Below, one piece after another: positions 57,886-64,000 of a stretch of 64,000 nt of DNA. Source of the DNA: an uncultured Solirubrobacterales bacterium (GTDB lineage Bacteria; Actinomycetota; Thermoleophilia; Solirubrobacterales; 70-9). The notes under the pieces are model-generated. The model ran no database searches. It worked only from the letters and a program-made list of their open reading frames with translations, and was not told where the DNA came from. Positions within the stretch are counted from its first letter, which is position 1. Each line of letters begins with the position of its first letter. Both the position numbers and the translations under genes were made by a program. The DNA lies in the NCBI GenBank assembly GCA_963839535.1, contig CAWIVF010000006.1:38256-102255 (forward strand), given 5' to 3'.

Positions 57886-58363
57886 TTATCGCGGCTCGGA
57901 CGGCCCGTGCGCCTCGAGGAGGCGGCGGTGCCGGTGCCGGAAGAGGGCCGCCACGATGCGCCGGGCGATCGCCCCGCTGCCCGGGATCGCCGCCGGGACC
58001 CGCCGGAGGGCGAAGCCGAGCCGGTCCGTGACCAGGCACGCCCCCTCTCCGCGCGGCTCGATCGTGCGCTCGTGCTCCCAGATCAGCATGGTCGCCATCT
58101 GCGAGCGCTCCAGGAACCGGCGGGGCGGCTCGATCTCGGCCAGGCAGAGATCGTCGTAGTCGACCGGCAGCACGCCGCCGAGCAGGAGCCAGCTTCGCCC
58201 CGCCGGCACGCCCGGCTCCAGGTCCGCGATCGTCGCATCGCGCAGCGCCCGCGGGAGCGGTCATCCGCAGCAGGGGGCCGAGCTCGTAGTTGACCCCCTC
58301 GAGCACGGTGGCCCGCTGCCACATCTCAGCCGCCGGGATCCCCAGGGCGGTGGCGACCTCCAC
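57886..58363 (-). pseudogene. SRPBCC/START-fold family protein, +1 frameshift near 58249
   Basis: VEVATALGIPAAEMWQRATVLEGVNYELGPLLRMTAPA in one frame. ALRDATIADLEPGVPAGRSWLLLGGVLPVDYDDLCLAEIEPPRRFLERS... is in ORF 57886..58209. The GTG start at 58363 is tentative. Confidence 0.5.
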
Positions 58364-58376
58364 TCGCTCCAGCGGC

Positions 58377-59036
58377 CTAATCGCGCCAGCTCCCGGCGGT
58401 CGGGGCCGGAGGCCAGCCCGAGGCCGCGACGACGTCGGGGTCGAGGCCGGGGACCGCGGCGGCGAGCGCATGACGCTCGCGCTTCTTCGCCGCCACGAGC
58501 CCCGCGTGCTCGTAGACGCGATCGTGATCGGCGTAGTGCAGGCGGGGCATGAGGCTGCGGCGGCGGGCGACGTCGAGGTCCCCGTCGAACGCCGGCACCT
58601 CGTAGCCGAAGTCCGGGTCCCGCTCCCAGGTAACTGCGCCGGTCTCGACGGCGTCCAACACGGACGCGACCATCTCGGCATCGACCGCGAGGCAACCCGG
58701 TCGCTCCGCCGGGCCGCCGATCCAGCCCTGCTTGATCGCGTAGAGCGGTCGCCGCCCGGCCCGCAGCGCGGCGAGGGCCTTATTTGCCCGCTCCGCGCCC
58801 ACCGGCTCGGGCGAGTGCTCGAGCCAGAGCAGGACGGCGAGGGCCGGGTCGAGCGCGACGATCGGCGCGAGGGTGCCGACGCCGCGGCAGTGGACGTAGG
58901 TGAAGCCGTCCGTCGCGGCGAGGTCGGCCGCGCCGATCTCCTCTCCCCCGCGCTCGGTGACCGCGTCGGCCCACGACGGGGGCCCGTCGGGGCGCCCGCT
59001 CAGGTCCGGCGCGGTTGTGGCGTAGGGATCGGCCAA
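58377..59036 (-). CDS. Stand-alone protein resembling the C-terminal third of ATP-dependent PEP carboxykinase
   Basis: 219 aa. GVGTLAPIVALDPALAVLLWLE..., KQGWIGGP..., WERDPDFGYEVPAFDG...MPRLHY...HAGLVAAKKRERHALAAA parallel the PckA C-terminal region (GWTGG..., DPxFGxxVP, LxPRxxY). No P-loop region is present. Confidence 0.4.
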   Translation of the reverse strand: MADPYATTAPDLSGRPDGPPSWADAVTERGGEEIGAADLAATDGFTYVHCRGVGTLAPIVALDPALAVLLWLEHSPEPVGAERANKALAALRAGRRPLYAIKQGWIGGPAERPGCLAVDAEMVASVLDAVETGAVTWERDPDFGYEVPAFDGDLDVARRRSLMPRLHYADHDRVYEHAGLVAAKKRERHALAAAVPGLDPDVVAASGWPPAPTAGSWRD

Positions 59037-59053
59037 GGCCGGCCCAGCCTAGG

Positions 59054-59581
59054 TCAAGCCTCTTCGCCCGGGTTCTTGCGCGGGATCAGCACCGTCCGCT
59101 TGAACTCGGCGACCAGGGTGTTGTCCTGCTTGTAGACGCGCGTGTGGACCTTGACGATCCCGCGGTCCAGCTTCGTCTTCGAGGGCCGCACGTCGAGCAC
59201 CTCCGACTCGCAGAAGAGCGTGTCGCCGTGGAAGACCGGCGCCGGGTGGCTGAGCTCCTCCGTGGCCAGGTTGGCGATCGCCTTGCCGGAGACGTCGCTG
59301 ACCGACATCCCGAGCGCGAGCGAGTAGACCAGCGGCCCGACGACGACGTTCTGGCCCTGCTGCGAGTTGCCCGCGTAGACGTCGTTGAGGTGCAGCGGGT
59401 GGTGGTTCATCGTGATCAGGCAGAAGAGGTGGTCGTCGGACTCGGTGACGGTCTTCGCCGGCCAGTGCTTGTAGACGGCGCCGACCTCGAACTCCTCGAG
59501 GTAGCGGCCGTAGGGGTGTGCCCCCGACGCCTCGCGCTCGGCCTGGTCGGTGGTCAGCTCGTGGGTCTCGTTTTCGCTCAT
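59054..59581 (-). CDS. MaoC-family (R)-specific enoyl-CoA hydratase/dehydratase (single hot-dog domain)
   Basis: 175 aa. ...TVTESDDHLFCLITMNHHPLHLNDVYA...GPLVYSLALGMSV...HGDTLFCESEVLDVRPSK is typical of small MaoC hydratases found beside CoA-ester lyases. Confidence 0.8.
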   Translation of the reverse strand: MSENETHELTTDQAEREASGAHPYGRYLEEFEVGAVYKHWPAKTVTESDDHLFCLITMNHHPLHLNDVYAGNSQQGQNVVVGPLVYSLALGMSVSDVSGKAIANLATEELSHPAPVFHGDTLFCESEVLDVRPSKTKLDRGIVKVHTRVYKQDNTLVAEFKRTVLIPRKNPGEEA

Positions 59582-59652
59582 GGCTCCTCGTCGATTCGGT
59601 GTGTGCGGGAAGGGTCTCGGGTCGTTGCCGTCACTGGAGGCGACGGCGGTGC

Positions 59653-60021
59653 TCAGCGGACGCGCTTGAGCTTGGTGCGCGCCTCGTGCTTGGCGATCAC
59701 GCCGCCGAGCAGGCGGATCACCGCCGGATCGCCGCCGACGCGGACGACACCGTGCTCATACGCGGTATGCCAGTGCTCGAGCGTTGCGTCGGCGAGGTCG
59801 TTGAAGTCGGCGCGGGGAACCGAGATCTCGATCCGCGAGTCCTCGGGCTCCCCCTTCGTGATCTCCGGCCCGGGGGCGGAGATGCGGAAGACCTGGACGT
59901 CGCCGCGCCCGCGCAGCTCGAGCCGCGCCACGAGCTTCAGCTTCTCGAGGGCCGGCAGCTCCTCCATGAACCGCTTGTAGGCGATCTCGATCAGATCGTG
60001 GGTGATGCTGGCGCTCGACAT
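59653..60021 (-). CDS. SCP2 (sterol carrier protein-2-like) domain protein
   Basis: 122 aa. Alpha/beta pattern with ...VARLELRGRGDVQVFRISAPG...VRVGGDPAVIRLLGGVI. Lies between the acyl-CoA dehydrogenase and MaoC genes. Confidence 0.55.
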   Translation of the reverse strand: MSSASITHDLIEIAYKRFMEELPALEKLKLVARLELRGRGDVQVFRISAPGPEITKGEPEDSRIEISVPRADFNDLADATLEHWHTAYEHGVVRVGGDPAVIRLLGGVIAKHEARTKLKRVR

Positions 60022-60025
60022 CGGC

Positions 60026-61240
60026 TCAGATCTTGTTCCTCTGGAGCAGCTTCTTGCCGATCACCATTCGCTGGATCTCCGACGTGCCCTCGCCGATCAG
60101 CAGCAGCGGCGCGTCGCGGTAGAGGCGCTCGATCTCGTACTCCTTCGAGTAGCCGTAGCCGCCGTGGATCCGGAAGGACTGCTCGACGACCTCCTTGCCG
60201 GTCTCGGAGGCGATCAGCTTGGCCATGCCCGCCTCGAGGTCGGAGCGCTTGCCGGCGTCCTTCATCCGGGCCGCCTTCAGCGTCACGAGGCGGGCCGCCT
60301 CGATCTTGGTCGCCATGTCGGCGAGCTTGAACAGGATCGCCTGGTGCTCGGCGATCGGCTTGCCGAACGTCTTGCGCTCCTGGCTGTAGCGGAGCGCCAG
60401 CTCGAGGGCGCGCTGGGCGATGCCGACGCCACGGGCCGCGACGTTGACGCGGCCGACCTCGAGCGCGTCCATCATCTGGCTGAAGCCCTTGTTCAGGCCG
60501 TCCTCCTCGCCGCCGAGGATCCGCTCCGGCGGGCACTTGTAGCCGCTGTAGACCAGCTCGGTCGACTCGACGCCCTTGTAGCCCATCTTCTTGATCTGCG
60601 GCGGCACCTCGAGCCCGGCGAACTCGCCCTCGTTCTTGTGCTCGCCCGGGGTCTTCTCGGTGATGAAGCAGGTCATGCCCTTGTGGGGCGGGTCGGCGTT
60701 CTTGTCCGTCTTCATCAGCGTGAAGACGACGCCCGAGCGGAGCCCGTTGGTGACCCACATCTTCTGCCCGTCGAGGATCCAGTTGCCGTCGTCGTCCTTC
60801 TTGCCGGAGGCCTTGATGCCCTGGACGTCGGAGCCGACCTCGGGCTCGGAGAGGGAGAAGGCGGCGCGGATCTCGCCGGTCGCCATCTTCGGCAGGAAGT
60901 AGTCCTTCTGGTCGTCGGTGCCGAACTTCATCAGCAGGTAGGAGCCGATGAAGTGGGTGTTGACGACGCCGGAGATCGAGATCCAGCCGCGCGACAGCTC
61001 CTCGACGATCATCGTGTAGGTCGTCAGGTCGAGGCCCATCCCCCCGTACTCCTCGGGGATCGTCACCCCGAACAGCCCGAGCTCCTTCATCTGCTCGACG
61101 ATCGCCTCGGGGAACTCGTCCTCGTGGTCGAAGTGCTCGGCGGCGGGAAGGATCTCGTTGTCGACGAAGGAGCGCACCATCGCGGTGATCTCCTCCTGGA
61201 TCTCGGTCTTCTCCTCGAAGGTCTGCGTATCTACGGCCAT
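60026..61240 (-). CDS. Acyl-CoA dehydrogenase
   Basis: 404 aa. ...AAFSLSEPEVGSDV..., DGQKMWVTNG, ...QRALELALRYSQERKTFGKPIAEHQAILFKLADMA..., IHGGYGYSKEYEIERLYRDAPLLLIGEGTSEIQR. Confidence 0.92.
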   Translation of the reverse strand: MAVDTQTFEEKTEIQEEITAMVRSFVDNEILPAAEHFDHEDEFPEAIVEQMKELGLFGVTIPEEYGGMGLDLTTYTMIVEELSRGWISISGVVNTHFIGSYLLMKFGTDDQKDYFLPKMATGEIRAAFSLSEPEVGSDVQGIKASGKKDDDGNWILDGQKMWVTNGLRSGVVFTLMKTDKNADPPHKGMTCFITEKTPGEHKNEGEFAGLEVPPQIKKMGYKGVESTELVYSGYKCPPERILGGEEDGLNKGFSQMMDALEVGRVNVAARGVGIAQRALELALRYSQERKTFGKPIAEHQAILFKLADMATKIEAARLVTLKAARMKDAGKRSDLEAGMAKLIASETGKEVVEQSFRIHGGYGYSKEYEIERLYRDAPLLLIGEGTSEIQRMVIGKKLLQRNKI

Positions 61241-61471
61241 CGCTGCTGGACTCCTGAACGGTCTGAGGGGACGTGGGGAGGGATCGCGGCGCCGGGGCGT
61301 AGGTGGGGCCCGTCGGGATGGCGTGCGACCCCAGGGAGGATACCCGGCCCCTGCCCTCCGGGGCGTCCCTGAATCAGGGTCGGCGGGCCCCGAGGGCCGG
61401 CGCCGGCGGAGCGAGCGGTGGCCGGAGCCCCGACCTTGGATCGGGGCTCCGGCCGTGCTCAGGTACTTCGA

Positions 61472-61999
61472 TCAGCCGGCGGTGTCGGTCTCGGTGTCGT
61501 CGAGGTTGATGCCCGCGTCCTTGAGGGACTGGTCGGCTTCCTCGATCTGCGTCTGGAAGTCGAGCCCGGCCTGCTGCAGAGCCGTCGCGGCCTCCTGCAG
61601 AGCGGCCTTGTCGCCGGCGTCGGCGGCATCGCTGACGTCGGTGAGCCCGGAGGAGAAGTTCTCCAGGGCGGCGAGGATCTGGTCGTGACCCTCCTGCGCC
61701 TCCTCGGGCGGCTCGATCGCGCCGAAGTCGTCGATCGCCGTCTGGATCTCAGCCTCGGCGTCGTCGACGAAGCCGGAGAACTCCTCCGGCGAGCTCGACT
61801 GCGAGATCTGGGTCCCGAGGCCGGTGAACGCCTCGCCGAAGCTGGTCAGGACCTCGCGGGCCTGGACCTCGTAGTCCTCGGCGCTCAGCGCCTCGCCGCT
61901 GCTCTCGGAGCTGCTGCCCCCGTCGTCGTCACCGCAGCCGGCGACGGCGATCAGCCCGATCAGGGCGAGGACGAGAAGCGGAATCTTCAAGAATCGCAT
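61472..61999 (-). CDS. Acidic lipoprotein (175 aa)
   Basis: Lipobox MRFLKIPLLVLALIGLIAVAGC, followed by a D/G/S/E-rich linker and a helical acidic domain. Confidence 0.7.
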   Translation of the reverse strand: MRFLKIPLLVLALIGLIAVAGCGDDDGGSSSESSGEALSAEDYEVQAREVLTSFGEAFTGLGTQISQSSSPEEFSGFVDDAEAEIQTAIDDFGAIEPPEEAQEGHDQILAALENFSSGLTDVSDAADAGDKAALQEAATALQQAGLDFQTQIEEADQSLKDAGINLDDTETDTAG

Positions 62000-62162
62000 G
62001 TGTCTCCTGGTTTAGGGGGCCTTCGAGGGCCCGTCCGTGCCCGCTGGGCGGGCCGATTGCGTGCCGCAGTGTAGGGGCAGTGGAGGTCGTCGCCGGAGCA
62101 AGCCCTCGCCAACCGCCTCCGCTAGCGTCCCTCCCTCCCACCCGCAAGACCAGGAGCCTCAC

Positions 62163-63212
62163 TTGAGAAACCCCCGCCAGTTCGTCCAGCCCCTCGCGAT
62201 CGGCGCGCCCGATCCGGTGCTCGAGGTGCCCTTCCGGCCCTCGCGGATGATCCACTTCTTCGACGCCTCCAACGAGAAGATGGCGGCGAAGGTCCCCGAC
62301 ATGGCCAAGCAGGCCGACATCCTGCTCGGCAACCTCGAGGACGCGGTCTCGGTCGACAACAAGGTCGCCGCACGGGAGGGGCTCGTCAAGGTCGCCAACG
62401 AGGTCGACTTCGGCGACACCCAGCTGTGGACCCGCGTCAACTCGCTCGAGAGCCCCTGGGTCCTCGACGACCTGACCACCCTCGTCACCGAGATCGGCGA
62501 CAAGCTCGACGTGATCATGGTTCCCAAGGTCGAGGGCGCCTGGGACATCCACTACGTCGACCGCCTGCTCGCGCAGCTCGAGGCGAAGGCGAAGCTCGAC
62601 CGGCCGATCCTCGTCCACGCGATCCTCGAGACCGCACAGGGCGTGGTCAACCTCGAGGAGATCGCATGCGCGAGCCCGCGCATGCAGGGGATGAGCTTCG
62701 GCCCCGCCGACCTCGCGGCGTCGCGGCGGATGAAGACCACTCGCGTCGGCGGCGGGCACCCCGGCTACCTCGTCATCAACGACCCCGACCCCGACGACCC
62801 CGAGGCCCCGCGCGCGACCGCGCAGCAGGACCCGTGGCACTACTCGATCGCCCGCATGGTCGATGCCTGCACCTCGGCCGGCCTCCTGCCGTTCTACGGG
62901 CCCTACGGGGACATCAAGGACACGAAGGGCTGCGAGGCCCAGTTCCGGGCGGCGTTCCTGCTCGGCTGCGTCGGCACCTGGACCCTCCACCCGGTCCAGA
63001 TCGAGATCGCGAAGAAGGTCTTCAGCCCCGATCCGGAGGAGGTCCGGTTCGCCAAGAAGGTCATCGAGGCGATCCCCGACGGCCGCGGCGTCCACATGAT
63101 CGACGGCAAGATGCAGGACGACGCCACCTGGAAGCAGTGCAAGGTCATGGTCGACCTCGCCGAGCAGCTGGCCGAGAAGGATCCGGAGCTCCGCGAGGCC
63201 TACGGGCTCTGA
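62163..63212 (+). CDS. mcl: L-malyl-CoA/beta-methylmalyl-CoA (citramalyl-CoA) lyase, HpcH/CitE family, long 'Chloroflexus-type' form
   Basis: From memory, it aligns end to end with Chloroflexus Mcl: PLAIGAP.P...LGNLEDA..., NSPWVLDD..., KLDVIM.PKVEG.WDIH..., ETAQG.VNLEEIA.ASPRM.G...[40 protein letters not shown]. The TTG start at 62163 follows AGGAG. Confidence 0.85.
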   Translation: MRNPRQFVQPLAIGAPDPVLEVPFRPSRMIHFFDASNEKMAAKVPDMAKQADILLGNLEDAVSVDNKVAAREGLVKVANEVDFGDTQLWTRVNSLESPWVLDDLTTLVTEIGDKLDVIMVPKVEGAWDIHYVDRLLAQLEAKAKLDRPILVHAILETAQGVVNLEEIACASPRMQGMSFGPADLAASRRMKTTRVGGGHPGYLVINDPDPDDPEAPRATAQQDPWHYSIARMVDACTSAGLLPFYGPYGDIKDTKGCEAQFRAAFLLGCVGTWTLHPVQIEIAKKVFSPDPEEVRFAKKVIEAIPDGRGVHMIDGKMQDDATWKQCKVMVDLAEQLAEKDPELREAYGL

Positions 63213-63231
63213 AGCCCGCGATCATGTCGCG

Positions 63232-64000
63232 ATGAGCGAGGAACAGGAGGACGCGCGCCGGCGGCGGATCTACGTCACCGGCCACCGCAACCCCGACCTC
63301 GACTCGATCGCCTCGGCGATCGGCTACTCGGAGCTGAAGCAGCAGCTCGACCCGGAGAGCGAGTACGTCCCGGTCAGGCTCGGCTCGATCAACGCCCAGA
63401 CCCGCTGGGCGCTTCGGGAGAGCGGCGCGCGGATCCCCGACCTGATGGGCCACGTGATGCTGCGGGTGCGGGACGTGATGCAGGAGCAGTTCCCGATCGC
63501 CGAGCACACCGAGCCGCTGCGCGAGGTCGGCCGGGTGATGGCGCGCGACGACCTCGACCTCGTCCCGATCGTCGGCTCCGGCGGCGATCTGATCGGGGTG
63601 ATGACCGAGCGCGCGCTGGCCCACCGGTACATCCGCGAGTCGCGGCGCAGCCACAGCCTCGCCGACTCCCCCACCTCGGTCGATGCGATCGTCGGCGTGC
63701 TCGGAGGGGAGCTCGTCGAGGGCGGCTCGTGCACCGTCGCCGGCCGGGTCTGGGTCCACTCGATCGATGCCGGCCGCAGCGACAGCAACATCTCCGAGGG
63801 GGACATCGTCGTGGTCGGCAACCGCCTCGACGCACAGCGCCAGTCGCTCGAGCTCGGCGCGGCGCTGCTGGTGATCAGCAACGGGGCCGAGCCCTACCCC
63901 GAGATCCTCGAGCTCGCCCGCGAGCGGGGCGTCTGCGTCGTCGTCAGCCCGCTCGACTCATACGTCAGCAGCCGGATGATCAGCCTCGCGGCGCCGTGCG
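63232..64000 (+). CDS. DHH-family putative Mn-dependent inorganic pyrophosphatase with inserted CBS domains; runs off the right edge
   Basis: Absent from the ORF track (no stop in the window). My translation from the ATG at 63232 reads MSEEQEDARRRRIYVTGHRNPDLDSIASAIGYSELKQQL... (DHH motif I-II), then CBS-like VMLRVRDVMQEQFPIAEHTEPLREVGRVMARDDLDLVPIVGSGGDLIGVMTERAL, then a DRTGG-like part. Confidence 0.7.
   Translation, partial: MSEEQEDARRRRIYVTGHRNPDLDSIASAIGYSELKQQLDPESEYVPVRLGSINAQTRWALRESGARIPDLMGHVMLRVRDVMQEQFPIAEHTEPLREVGRVMARDDLDLVPIVGSGGDLIGVMTERALAHRYIRESRRSHSLADSPTSVDAIVGVLGGELVEGGSCTVAGRVWVHSIDAGRSDSNISEGDIVVVGNRLDAQRQSLELGAALLVISNGAEPYPEILELARERGVCVVVSPLDSYVSSRMISLAAPC

Noticed and set aside
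4293-58363. Programmed ribosomal frameshifting or transcriptional slippage as the explanation for the frame breaks.
   Set aside because: I saw no slippery heptamers or long A/T runs at the break points. The breaks occur in unrelated genes and often several times per gene. Programmed events are rare and conserved at single sites.
1-64000. tRNA, rRNA, tmRNA, transposase/integrase genes, phage genes, toxin-antitoxin pairs or known defence systems.
   Set aside because: I saw no T-loop-like GGTTCGAATCC-type motifs and no rRNA-like conserved stretches. No ORF has DDE/tyrosine-recombinase, nuclease-helicase or other defence-type motifs. This is an absence judged by eye, not by a covariance-model scan.

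Overview
Very GC-rich bacterial chromosomal segment (GC judged by eye, not computed). I read about 65 protein-coding genes and found no rRNA, tRNA, CRISPR array, transposase or integrase.

Gene content from 1 to about 56.6 kb looks alphaproteobacterial:
- Arginine deiminase cluster: YfcC-type carrier, arcA, arcB, arcC.
- NhaC antiporter, AI-2E transporter, K+ channel, and a HlyD/DUF2955 efflux pair.
- phoR-phoU-phoB, next to a Pho-box-controlled secreted phytase-like gene.
- A NitT/TauT-type ABC plus agmatinase operon, split by an antisense AlkD-like/YcaQ-like DNA-repair pair.
- xseB-ispA-dxs.
- A PepSY membrane-protein operon.
- Two FbpABC/AfuABC-type importers flanking a LacI-family regulator.

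Most unusual locus: a tightly packed operon at 41.9-52.8 kb. An importer with two tandem binding proteins is followed by six predicted phosphohydrolases from four superfamilies: three IMPase-family, one HAD, one CX5R phosphatase and one metallophosphoesterase. I read it as a possible organophosphate import and serial dephosphorylation system. It shares candidate LacI-type operators with the second importer.

The last ~7 kb has a different flavour: M42 peptidase, acyl-CoA dehydrogenase/SCP2/MaoC, Chloroflexus-type malyl-CoA lyase and a CBS-DHH pyrophosphatase.

Other observations:
- About 27 single-base frame disruptions (mostly +1 insertions), one in-frame TAG and one in-frame fusion of two truncated genes. 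They cluster in accessory genes and spare housekeeping genes. This is either real gene decay or indel-prone assembly.
- A conserved ~87-bp intergenic element with three 11-bp iterons, present twice.
- Further 11-bp-periodic repeat arrays and a heavily structured 670-bp intergenic region.

All functional calls come from reading the translations and recalling family motifs; no database search was run.
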